A stretch of DNA of 64,000 nucleotides from IMG/VR virus record IMGVR_UViG_3300021400_000095. One strand, given 5' to 3'. Positions within the stretch are counted from its first letter, which is position 1. Each line of letters begins with the position of its first letter. Positions 39,598-48,930 of this stretch are shown one piece after another. The notes under the pieces were generated by a model. That model did not search any database, was not told where the DNA came from, and was given only the letters and a program-made list of their open reading frames with translations. Origin of the DNA: a virus. Its lineage: Duplodnaviria; Caudoviricetes. The position numbers were made by a program, and so were the translations under genes.

Positions 39598-40858
39598 AAA
39601 TGAATTGGTCAAGTTGTAGAAACACATTCATAGACCCACCTCCCAGAGTCTCAGGTCTTTCAATAGTAATGTTGTAATCAATACCAGGTTCATTATCTGT
39701 AATATATTTTCTTAATGCACTTGAATCTCTTACATTCATGTTTCTAACAAAATCATTTACAATCTTTCTATCAGTAACACCATCTACTGCCATTATAGAT
39801 AATGATAACCTATTTGTTAAATTGTGTGTAAAAGCAACCTCTTCTTCTTCAATTCCTTCACCCCAATCTTCAATTGTCTTTAATGCTTGTCTAACTTTAA
39901 GTTTTCCTGCTTTATCCAATGTGTCATCATCATCAATAAATGCTTCCATTCTTTCAACATATTCCTTAAGTTTTCCTTTAACTTCACCCTTGTTCTCAGA
40001 CTCATCTTCTTCCTTAAGTAGAACATTATCCTTGTGTGTTAAAAATCTAAACTTAATTTCTTTCTTACTTACAGGTAATGTAAAATCAAACCACCCATTT
40101 TCATCCCCCTTTAAATTAAATGGCTTAAATTCTAATTTTGATAAATCAATAACAGTATCAAATTCAATACCTGTTTCATTGTCCTTTGCTGTAATTGGAT
40201 ATTCATTACCATATCCTGAAGCCCTTAAGAAAAGAATAATTGCTTCCCTATCACCTTCAAGCATGTCATATGTATCAATTCTATTATCAACAACCTTCTC
40301 TTTAAGTATCATATCAATAATCTTATTATCCCTATAAAGATTTGGTGCAATAATCATATTTTCATCATATGCTGTTAAATATGCAACAGGAATCTTACCC
40401 ATCTTACTTCTATAACATTCACCCTTTGATGGTAATGGAATCACATCATATGAAGCCTGTGGATTATATTCAAATTTTGCTGGTGTATATTCCTTCTCAA
40501 TGTCTGTTTCATTTTTCTTAACATTATACAATGTTGTACTATCTGAAACAGAATTATCTTGTAAATTTACCTTAGGCTCCACAGTATTTGCTTCAACCTT
40601 GATTGACTTGTTTATCTTCTTTTTCTTTTCTCCTAAATCTTCCTTATTTCCACCAAGTGAAACATACTTTTCAATAACATCAGACTCTGCCTCTTCAATT
40701 AATCTTATCCTGTCAGCAATTTCTTCTTTTGTATATTTCTTGTTACCATGCTCATCCAAAGCATTTTTCATTTCCCTTTGTGTCTCCTTCTTTGTCCTTT
40801 CATACATATTATATGAATTCCTAAGGATTTCAAGTTCTTTGTTGTTATCTACTTCCAT
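39578..40858 (-). CDS. Tail assembly chaperone / baseplate hub assembly protein (gp26-like)
   Basis: VIPLPSKG..Y, LTAYDENM, GDREAIILFLRASGYG.EY, DSSALRKYI...EPGID. Confidence 0.75.
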   Translation of the reverse strand: MEVDNNKELEILRNSYNMYERTKKETQREMKNALDEHGNKKYTKEEIADRIRLIEEAESDVIEKYVSLGGNKEDLGEKKKKINKSIKVEANTVEPKVNLQDNSVSDSTTLYNVKKNETDIEKEYTPAKFEYNPQASYDVIPLPSKGECYRSKMGKIPVAYLTAYDENMIIAPNLYRDNKIIDMILKEKVVDNRIDTYDMLEGDREAIILFLRASGYGNEYPITAKDNETGIEFDTVIDLSKLEFKPFNLKGDENGWFDFTLPVSKKEIKFRFLTHKDNVLLKEEDESENKGEVKGKLKEYVERMEAFIDDDDTLDKAGKLKVRQALKTIEDWGEGIEEEEVAFTHNLTNRLSLSIMAVDGVTDRKIVNDFVRNMNVRDSSALRKYITDNEPGIDYNITIERPETLGGGSMNVFLQLDQFIFLNIAQ

Positions 40859-40870
40859 TATTTTTATATT

Positions 40871-41347
40871 CTAATGTCTTTTATTTTTATTTTGTTTCCT
40901 TATGTACTTCTCATTATATTTCCCAACCAACTCAATTAACAATTTCATTACCTTACTTGGATTATTATTTATATCATGCTCCCATATCCTTATAATTGGT
41001 ATTCCATGTGCTAATGCCCACTCATCTTTTATTCTATCAACAAACTCATTGTGCTTTTGCATTGGGTTTTTCTCTTCCCAAACTTTACCATATCCATGAT
41101 AAAAATCACCATCTATTTCTACAATAATTTTACTTCCTGCTGGGCTTTCTATTAAAAAGTCATAATATCTCCCAATGTCTTCAGCCTTGAACTGATATGT
41201 ATATTTTATACCTAATTTATCCAAAAATTCCTTGGCAAACCTTTCTTCCAATTTTGAAGTACCATATTCTTTATGCTTTCTCTCTTTTGACTTCTTCTGT
41301 TTATTGCTTTTTTTTGCAATTTCTTTGTTCCTTATTGGTTGTGCCAT
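40871..41347 (-). CDS. DUF559/Vsr-like PD-(D/E)xK endonuclease
   Basis: YDFLI...IVEIDGDFYHG...D.IKD..A...G..IIRIWE. Confidence 0.8.
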   Translation of the reverse strand: MAQPIRNKEIAKKSNKQKKSKERKHKEYGTSKLEERFAKEFLDKLGIKYTYQFKAEDIGRYYDFLIESPAGSKIIVEIDGDFYHGYGKVWEEKNPMQKHNEFVDRIKDEWALAHGIPIIRIWEHDINNNPSKVMKLLIELVGKYNEKYIRKQNKNKRH

Positions 41348-41355
41348 TATATTAT

Positions 41356-41889
41356 CTAAAATTTTGTATCAATTTCTGTTATTAGTGGATGTCTTAAATC
41401 TTTCTCAGACATAACTAAATCCTCAGTTCTATCAACACCAACCCTATTATAAATGTCATTGATTATATCATCTGTTATCATTAAACCCCTCTCAGATTCC
41501 TTATTATAATAATTATCAACTTTATATTCTACCTTTGATGTATCAGAAACTGATAAATAACCATGTGCAAATCCCCTTGGTACAAATACCCATTTTGGTG
41601 ATTCATCACCACTTAAATCAAATGAATATAATTTACCAAAATTTGGTGACTCCTTCCTTATGTCAATCACATAATCAACAATCCTACCTTCAATGCATCT
41701 TACAAGTTTTGCTTGTGCATATGGCATTTCTTGCCAATGCATACCCCTGAATACATTCTTTACCTTATTGTAAGACTGATTATCCTGCATTACTTTAAAA
41801 TCTAGGGTGTTATCAAACAAAACTGAAAAATACCCTCTTTCATCTTCAAATGTTCTTGCTTCAATTAATGTTGGTTCTGTGTAACTCAT
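41356..41889 (-). CDS. rfbC: dTDP-4-dehydrorhamnose 3,5-epimerase
   Basis: FEDERGYF, RGMHWQ, QAKLVRC, VPRGFAHG, YKVDNYY. Confidence 0.93.
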   Translation of the reverse strand: MSYTEPTLIEARTFEDERGYFSVLFDNTLDFKVMQDNQSYNKVKNVFRGMHWQEMPYAQAKLVRCIEGRIVDYVIDIRKESPNFGKLYSFDLSGDESPKWVFVPRGFAHGYLSVSDTSKVEYKVDNYYNKESERGLMITDDIINDIYNRVGVDRTEDLVMSEKDLRHPLITEIDTKF

Positions 41890-41901
41890 ATTATAAATAC
41901 T

Positions 41902-42231
41902 TTATTTTATTTTTTTTATATCAAAAAATGGATTTGTCTCTGATAATAACTCAACAATATCCTCATAAAATTTACAATCTTCTTCAAAATTCATGACAGA
42001 TTCAGTTGATAATTCAAACCATTCATTCAATTTCCTTTCTGGCCAGTGTCTCTGATGTAACATTTTTTCAAGATAAAATGGATATTTTGTCTCATATTTC
42101 TTAACTAAAAATATCTCACTACCATTCCCTGTCTGTAACTTCTTTATCCTTTTTTCCACATCCCCCCTTGTCATACCAATCTTAAACATATTGTCATGAC
42201 CTGAATCACATAACAAATATACAAAAGCCAT
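41902..42231 (-). CDS. GIY-YIG-related T5orf172/MUG113 domain protein
   Basis: VYLL...FKIGMT...RIKKLQTGN...LEKMLH...EWF. Confidence 0.85.
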   Translation of the reverse strand: MAFVYLLCDSGHDNMFKIGMTRGDVEKRIKKLQTGNGSEIFLVKKYETKYPFYLEKMLHQRHWPERKLNEWFELSTESVMNFEEDCKFYEDIVELLSETNPFFDIKKIK

Positions 42232-42320
42232 ATATTTTTTTATAAAAAAATAATAATTAAAATATTAAGAGTAAAGATTATTTCATATATTCAACTATTT
42301 ATATAAAAAATATCTTTGTT

Positions 42321-42686
42321 ATGAGAAAAGAAATTAAAAATGATATTGAAGAAATTAAAAAAGTTTCAGCAAAATTTCCTAAAACATTAAATGAAGCACT
42401 TCAATTTAATGACCTTGAAGAAACTGAAAATATTGATGAACCCAAAATTGAAGAACCTGCTCATCATGAACCTCAATTGGAACATGAAAGTAGTAGTATG
42501 GATGTAATGGCCTTTGTTGATGATATTAGAAAAAAATCATTGAAAGGTATGGCTGAACTTGCTGATAATCCAGATGATGAAAAATATCAATTGTTGAAAA
42601 AAATATGGCAAATCTGTGATAAAAAACCTGAACAACAATCAGTGTTTAATAAACCTAATACTGAACAACCAAACCCTCAAATCTAA
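42321..42686 (+). CDS. Hypothetical late protein
   Basis: ACTATTTAT at 42294-42302. Confidence 0.7.
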   Translation: MRKEIKNDIEEIKKVSAKFPKTLNEALQFNDLEETENIDEPKIEEPAHHEPQLEHESSSMDVMAFVDDIRKKSLKGMAELADNPDDEKYQLLKKIWQICDKKPEQQSVFNKPNTEQPNPQI

Positions 42687-42720
42687 TTTTAAAACATTTT
42701 TATAAAAAAACATTTTTACT

Positions 42721-42729
42721 ACTATTTAT
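42721..42729 (+). promoter_or_regulatory. Putative late promoter ACTATTTAT for tail tube gene
   Basis: Recurrent motif. Confidence 0.6.
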
Positions 42730-42768
42730 TATAAAAAATAAGAATAAAATTAATTAATATATATAAAC

Positions 42769-43257
42769 ATGAGTGACTTATTAACCAAAATGCCTCTTGT
42801 CTATGAACCATTGAAAAAAAATAGATGGGTTTTTAGATTCCCTGCTGACCTTGGTATCCAAGAATGGACCCTTGAATCTGCTTCAAGACCTTCAATTAAC
42901 CAAAATCCAGTTGAAATCCAATTCCTTAATACATCAACTTGGGTACTTGGTAGATATACTTGGGAAGATATTAGCCTTACTTTCAGAGACCCTATTGGCC
43001 CTTCTACTTCACAAGCAATTATGGAATGGGTTAGACTTGGTTCAGAATCTGTTACAGGTAGACAAGGTTATGCTGCTGGATATAAAAGAGATGTTGAACT
43101 TGAAATGCTTGACCCAACAGGTGCAGTTGTGCAAAAATGGATATTAAAGAATGCCTTCTTGACAACAGTGAACTTTGGGGAACTTTCATATAGTGATGAT
43201 AGTCTTGCAACCATCAGTGCAACCCTTAAGATGGATTATGCTATCCTTGCTTACTAA
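42769..43257 (+). CDS. Tail tube protein (T4 gp19-like)
   Basis: YEP..KNRW, RP, W....LTFRDPI, MEW, YKRD..LEMLDPTG.VVQKW. Confidence 0.9.
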   Translation: MSDLLTKMPLVYEPLKKNRWVFRFPADLGIQEWTLESASRPSINQNPVEIQFLNTSTWVLGRYTWEDISLTFRDPIGPSTSQAIMEWVRLGSESVTGRQGYAAGYKRDVELEMLDPTGAVVQKWILKNAFLTTVNFGELSYSDDSLATISATLKMDYAILAY

Positions 43258-43285
43258 TTGATTTCTACTTTTTTAAATATAAAAA

Positions 43286-44191
43286 TTAATCCTGACTTTT
43301 TTCAAGGTCAGGATTTTTCCATACATATTTAATTAATCCACAATCATATATTCTTTCATAGTTAAGGATTGCAACCATTTGTGTTTCAGTTAGACTTAAA
43401 TCAAGTCCATATTTCTTATGTAATATTTGTTTTCTAAAATTAAACTTATGTTGTCTAATAATTCCATCACTTTCTTTAAAATAATGATAATCTGGGATTG
43501 TATAATAATCAAATTTAAAGCCAAGTTGCAGATATACATTATTACTTTCATCAACAGTCCATCTTCTATCAGCAAATGATTTAATTATAATTGGATTGTA
43601 TTTTCTTGTAAAATATTTAAATAGTTTTCCACCAACACCTTGACAAACATAATTATAATTACTTGCAAATCTTGTTAATTCCCATCTATTATTACCCTTT
43701 TCTTCTTCCTTAAATTGCATAACAGCAATAAGTTCATTATTATAATAAGCACCAAGATAAACTGAAGATGCAACAAAACCTTGGATATGATATTTATTCA
43801 AAAATGCTTTTGAAGTAAATTTATCAATTTCTCTAATATCACATTTTCTACCCATAATTTTAGGCATATTTTCACATTTTTTGAGAATATGTTTAATTTT
43901 ATTAAGAACAATATCCTTATTCTGAACATATTCATCCTCAAAAATCTGCAATAATCTTATACCCTTTTCTTTACAAGCATCTGTTCTATCTCTTTGATAT
44001 GTTTTTATTGAATAATAATCAGGATGTTCAACTAAACCATTGAACTGTATTGCTGCCTTTATTTGTGGTATATAAAAAGACAATTCATATGGTGCAATTA
44101 TTGTATTATCATCACAAATTATTTCACCATCAAACAATGTTCTGATATATTCATATATCTCTTTCTTAATCTCACTATTTGTCATAAGCAT
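43286..44191 (-). CDS. Hef-like protein: degenerate Vsr/PD-(D/E)xK domain plus GNAT-like C-domain
   Basis: IAPYELSFYIP...AIQFNG...IFEDE; WELTRFA...GGKLFKYF...SFADRRW...LGF...IYDCG. Confidence 0.65.
   Translation of the reverse strand: MLMTNSEIKKEIYEYIRTLFDGEIICDDNTIIAPYELSFYIPQIKAAIQFNGLVEHPDYYSIKTYQRDRTDACKEKGIRLLQIFEDEYVQNKDIVLNKIKHILKKCENMPKIMGRKCDIREIDKFTSKAFLNKYHIQGFVASSVYLGAYYNNELIAVMQFKEEEKGNNRWELTRFASNYNYVCQGVGGKLFKYFTRKYNPIIIKSFADRRWTVDESNNVYLQLGFKFDYYTIPDYHYFKESDGIIRQHKFNFRKQILHKKYGLDLSLTETQMVAILNYERIYDCGLIKYVWKNPDLEKSQD
43288..43315. terminator. Terminator after tail tube
   Basis: AATCCTGAC...GTCAGGATT followed by T-run. Confidence 0.6.
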
Positions 44192-44240
44192 TATTTTTTG
44201 TCAAATATACAAAGTTTAAATATAAAAAACAAACAAGGTT

Positions 44241-45047
44241 TTATCTCCAACCTTGTTTTAACTTATCTTTTTTAACTTTTATAATAGTTCTACCAATTCT
44301 ATGTAAAAAATTGTTTAACTGTTTTTCAATATATGGCATTGTTATTCCATATAAATTAAAATAATCAGTAAACACTTCTTTTAAACCATCATTAATTTTT
44401 AACTCATTAAAATTTTCTTTTGCTGTTAAATACAAATTCCATGTTTCTGAAGAAGTTAATAAATCATCATTATATGGTTCTTGTTTATCCATCATATATG
44501 CATATAATCCATTTGAAAAACCTTCTTGTTCAGACTTTATACACAAATATAATAATTTGGCCAATTTTTGTTTATTTTCACTTTTTGATTCCAAATCAGT
44601 TTTTATTTTTTCATATAACCCATTTGAATCACCAAATTCATGCCCCATCTTTTCTTGTTGAAAAATGTGTTCCACTTTATGTTGTATTGTTTCCATGGAT
44701 TTTGGTTTATCAACTGTTCCATTTATTGCATAGATGTTAATAAACATCATGGCAAGTCCTTTATTTATAAAAATAGAACCACCATCTGTTATATAGGACA
44801 AATTATATTTTTCCTTAAAATCTTTACTTAAAAAATTCCTATATATTACAGAACTAACAATTTTTATCTTATCAATATAAGAAACAATGGAAATCTTTTT
44901 TTTTATTAACAAGTTATTTTTTTCTATAATTTCAGCATTGTTTAATTTACTAATAATTTCATTATAAAACTCATTAGAAAACCTTGCAACATCATCATTT
45001 ATACTCAATTCTTCTTCTATGATTTTTTTTATTTCTTCAGTTAACAT
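44241..45047 (-). CDS. Zincin-like paralog 2 (HKxxH variant)
   Basis: TIQHKVEH; LLYLCIKSEQ; N-terminus MLTEEIKKIIEEEL. Confidence 0.6.
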   Translation of the reverse strand: MLTEEIKKIIEEELSINDDVARFSNEFYNEIISKLNNAEIIEKNNLLIKKKISIVSYIDKIKIVSSVIYRNFLSKDFKEKYNLSYITDGGSIFINKGLAMMFINIYAINGTVDKPKSMETIQHKVEHIFQQEKMGHEFGDSNGLYEKIKTDLESKSENKQKLAKLLYLCIKSEQEGFSNGLYAYMMDKQEPYNDDLLTSSETWNLYLTAKENFNELKINDGLKEVFTDYFNLYGITMPYIEKQLNNFLHRIGRTIIKVKKDKLKQGWR

Positions 45048-45079
45048 GCTCTATTTTTATAATACAGACTTATTTTTTT

Positions 45080-45955
45080 TTATAATCCATTTTGCCTTAA
45101 AATCTCTTTGAATTTCCAATCTCTTTCCTTTTCTCTTTCTTCTTCCATTTTTATTGTATATAATGAATATGCCATACCAACTTTTCTAATTAAATATTTG
45201 AAGCCATTCTTTGAAACTGTTTGGAAATACTTTTTAGTTTTATCAAAGTTTTCATAATTCTTAATTATATTATGATTAATTAAATACCAACATGCAGTAA
45301 TGAACAATGTATTTTGACTATTATATTTGCTAATATTGTCATATGAATTCTTTAATGTTGAATATAAATCTGATATGAGATTATCATAAATGAAATCTTT
45401 ATATGTTTTATATTCTTTTTTCTTTTTTATAGCAGAAGCATATGCCCCATTAACAAATGAATTTATCTCATTTTTATTGCAATAATATAATATCTTGCAT
45501 AAATAAGCAACTATTGGGTTATTATTACTCATCCCTTTTATAATATCCTGATATCTGTCAGTAGAAATTGGTTTGTTTTTCATTTTACATTCCCAATAAT
45601 GACTACATTCATGTTGGATTGTGTCTGTTAAATCATAATAATCTATTTCATTCCCAAATTGCAAAACTGTTAAATATAAAGTATTTTCTTCAAATGAATA
45701 TCCATTATTCCTATGTGTTTTTGAATACCATACATAGAATTCATCAGTGCTGTTAAAATATTTAAACATAAAATCAACATATAAATCAGACATTTCTGTT
45801 GCTACCCTAAACTTTTTTTCTTTTATGTTTTTCTCCAATAAAGTATATATGTCCTTTTCAATTATGTTTGTTAATTTAACAACCTCTTTTGCAATACCTA
45901 AATCTTCATTCATTAGATATCTAACCTGTTCCTCTGTTAATATTACTTTTTTCAT
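45080..45955 (-). CDS. Zincin-like paralog 3 (HExxH)
   Basis: TIQHECSH; ILYYCNKNE; N-terminus MKKVILTEEQVRYLMNE. Confidence 0.6.
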   Translation of the reverse strand: MKKVILTEEQVRYLMNEDLGIAKEVVKLTNIIEKDIYTLLEKNIKEKKFRVATEMSDLYVDFMFKYFNSTDEFYVWYSKTHRNNGYSFEENTLYLTVLQFGNEIDYYDLTDTIQHECSHYWECKMKNKPISTDRYQDIIKGMSNNNPIVAYLCKILYYCNKNEINSFVNGAYASAIKKKKEYKTYKDFIYDNLISDLYSTLKNSYDNISKYNSQNTLFITACWYLINHNIIKNYENFDKTKKYFQTVSKNGFKYLIRKVGMAYSLYTIKMEEEREKERDWKFKEILRQNGL

Positions 45956-46077
45956 ACATATATAATTAATATATCTTTTTAATAAATGTCAAGTTTGTTA
46001 ACTTAATAACAATAAAAAAAAAGCATAGAAATATTTTTCATATCCCTATGCTTTTTAAAATTTTATTTAATTTGTTG

Positions 46078-48834
46078 TTATTCGTTGAAAGACACACTTT
46101 CAGGGTAGACAACAAATGTTATGCTAATATATTCAAGTGCAGGTGTAGGTTTAACAAGGATTTTTGCTGGAAGGATGTGTTGGTCTCTTGTTTCAGGTGT
46201 TGATTCAGTTTGAATTCTATAATCAACAATACCTCTATTAGACTTAACATCAGCAAGAATTGGTTCTACAAGTGACTTAAATTGTTTTTCAAGGGTTGCA
46301 TCATATTGTTCAAAGATAAGATGTTTAGAAGCCTCAACAACAAGTTTCTTAATTCTAAGCATAAGTCTTCTAACATTAATTCTATTAAGAGGGCTTTCCT
46401 TATCATATAATGTCTTATTACCCCAAACTTTAACACCATCTTGTGCAAATGTCTTGATAGGATTAACTCTATTTTCATAAAGTGTATCTTCATCAGAAAG
46501 AGTTGTCTTAATATCAGCCTTAATACAATCAATATTACCTCTTTCAGTACCAGCAGGTGCAAACCATGGGAATGAGTTATTATCTGTTGCAGCCATATTT
46601 CTAACAACATCCTTTGTTACAGGAAGTGTAAGATATCTCTTAGCAGAATTATCATAATATTTAATCCATGGCCAGTATGTACAAGCATAAGAAGATACAA
46701 TATCACTATCATTAACTGCTTCAGCAATTAAATCTGCTGTTTTAACTTCATTAACATCCATTGGTGAGTTAATGATATAAAGTGCATCACCACCTCTACC
46801 ATCCTCAGGGTCTTCAATCATATCAAGAGCATCTTCTACAAGAAGTGTGTGATGGAAGTAATCAATACCAGGAGTTGCAAACAAGTTAATATAAGAATCT
46901 TGTGGATTTGCAAATTGCATATAACCTGCAAGATATGCATAATAGTCACTTGTAATTGCATTTACTGGAAGATTAAGGTCAAGAGTTGGGTCAAGTACTA
47001 ACTCAGATGAATTAACATAATCAAATGGGCAACCTGAAACAATTGCATATTTAGATGCCTTATATTTATCTGTATTAGTTCTTTCAGCCCTATAAATATC
47101 CCAACCATCAAAGCCACCATATGGATAAACAGTGAACTTTCTTAAGTTAATGTCTTCATAAATTGTTCCCTCAGTCTGAGCCTCAGTAATAAGTCTTGGA
47201 AGTTTCTTTGATTGTGCAGCAGCTTGAAGTCCATCAACTGTTGTAAATGAATAACCAGATTCACTATCAACAAAAATCTTACTATTCATCAAGACATTTG
47301 TTCCAGAAACACTATTGTTATTTGGCATTGAAAGAATTGCATCAAGGTGGAAACCCTTAGTAAGTTTATCAGGGTCAGCATCACCCTTTCCATTTGCATA
47401 TGCAGTTACACCATTATAGTTAAGAACATCAACATCAAGGATATCTCTATTCAAGCCAAAATATTGTCTCTTAGGTTTAATGAAATCATTGAATTCAGTG
47501 TTATATGCAACATCAATTCTTTCACCACCATACTTAGGCATTGGATAACCTAAGAAACCACAAGGAACACAAGATTCAACACCATCTTCCTCTGAAATTT
47601 CAACTGTGATGTATTTTGATTTAGCAACATAGCCACCATCAAAAGTACCAATCTTAGCACCAATATAGTTATTAGTACCAGGCATCATTGAACAATTGGT
47701 GAATTTTTCAAGTACAACAGGTGATACATCACTATCATTGAAGTCTCTTACCCAAACATCAAATAAACCCTCATCAGGTCTGATTCTTTGAATAGAAATC
47801 TTAACTTGTCTATTAGCAGCATCACCATCAGAAATTGTATATACCTTGAAAAGTTTCTTAACATTGATTGCTTCATTAGTTGCTTCTTTAACCTCTGATA
47901 CAATCCAAGGGGTTTGTGCACATCTATATGTTTCTTTATAGTTTACATAATTTTCATTACCACTTGATTCAAGACCTGCTGTTGCAATATCTTCAAATTT
48001 AATTGTTTTATTTTCATTTTCAGGCCTTCTAAGTAAGTCTTGATATGCATAGTCATATAATGCTTCAATATAAACAGGTGCTGAACCTACAAGTGGGTCA
48101 GTGCTGAATACATTGTAAATATATGACCTATCAGTAGGATTAATTGAAACATTGTAACTTGTCTCAGTTGAAGCACTTACAATATTACCATTTTCATCTT
48201 CACTATACTTATTATATGTAATTTTAAGGCCAAACTTACCAAGTTCTACTTTACCATCATTTGAAACAGCAGTTCCACCACTAATTTTACCACTGAGTGG
48301 AATATTTGCTGATACACCACTAATCACACAGTTTGCATCATATGTGGCACTACTATAAGGAACAAGTTGTACTTTAGTAACAATAGGATTGAATGCTTCT
48401 TGTTGTGCTTTTTCACATTCACCACCATTAACATTAGCATAATAATTAGCCTTTGACCTAAGAATTACAAGTGGGTACTTTTTACTATCAATATTAGCAT
48501 AAACACCAAACACTTTACTATTTTCATAACCAGAGATACCAAGAACCCTAACAACATTAAGATTCTTTGATTCCTTCAAGTATTCTTTAGCAACATATGG
48601 AAGTTCATATTTAGGGAGGTCATTACCCTTATACTTTTCAGGTGATGTACCACCAAAGTAGTCTACAAAGTCAGCCCAATCAGTTACAGGTATTGCTTGA
48701 AATGCAGGTCCTTTAAGTGTTTCACCAACAAGACCAAGGCTAGTAATACCTAAGCTTTTAGCTGAGTAAAGAACATCTTTCTCTTCAGTATAAACACCTG
48801 GTGAAACATGACCACCTCTTGCATCACTTATCAT
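46078..48834 (-). CDS. Tail sheath protein
   Basis: VSPGVYTEEKD, LVGETLKGPAF, WFAPAG..RG, LY..RVNPI, GVKVWGNKTL, RINVRRL. Confidence 0.95.
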   Translation of the reverse strand: MISDARGGHVSPGVYTEEKDVLYSAKSLGITSLGLVGETLKGPAFQAIPVTDWADFVDYFGGTSPEKYKGNDLPKYELPYVAKEYLKESKNLNVVRVLGISGYENSKVFGVYANIDSKKYPLVILRSKANYYANVNGGECEKAQQEAFNPIVTKVQLVPYSSATYDANCVISGVSANIPLSGKISGGTAVSNDGKVELGKFGLKITYNKYSEDENGNIVSASTETSYNVSINPTDRSYIYNVFSTDPLVGSAPVYIEALYDYAYQDLLRRPENENKTIKFEDIATAGLESSGNENYVNYKETYRCAQTPWIVSEVKEATNEAINVKKLFKVYTISDGDAANRQVKISIQRIRPDEGLFDVWVRDFNDSDVSPVVLEKFTNCSMMPGTNNYIGAKIGTFDGGYVAKSKYITVEISEEDGVESCVPCGFLGYPMPKYGGERIDVAYNTEFNDFIKPKRQYFGLNRDILDVDVLNYNGVTAYANGKGDADPDKLTKGFHLDAILSMPNNNSVSGTNVLMNSKIFVDSESGYSFTTVDGLQAAAQSKKLPRLITEAQTEGTIYEDINLRKFTVYPYGGFDGWDIYRAERTNTDKYKASKYAIVSGCPFDYVNSSELVLDPTLDLNLPVNAITSDYYAYLAGYMQFANPQDSYINLFATPGIDYFHHTLLVEDALDMIEDPEDGRGGDALYIINSPMDVNEVKTADLIAEAVNDSDIVSSYACTYWPWIKYYDNSAKRYLTLPVTKDVVRNMAATDNNSFPWFAPAGTERGNIDCIKADIKTTLSDEDTLYENRVNPIKTFAQDGVKVWGNKTLYDKESPLNRINVRRLMLRIKKLVVEASKHLIFEQYDATLEKQFKSLVEPILADVKSNRGIVDYRIQTESTPETRDQHILPAKILVKPTPALEYISITFVVYPESVSFNE

Positions 48835-48878
48835 ATTTTTTATAGTTTTAACTTTAATTATTTTTATACATTTTTCTT

Positions 48879-48887
48879 ATAAATAGT
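48879..48887 (-). promoter_or_regulatory. Putative late promoter ACTATTTAT for sheath gene
   Basis: Recurrent motif. Confidence 0.6.
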
Positions 48888-48930
48888 CTTTTGAAACCAA
48901 AAAATCTGTATTCATTTATTTTTTAATAAA

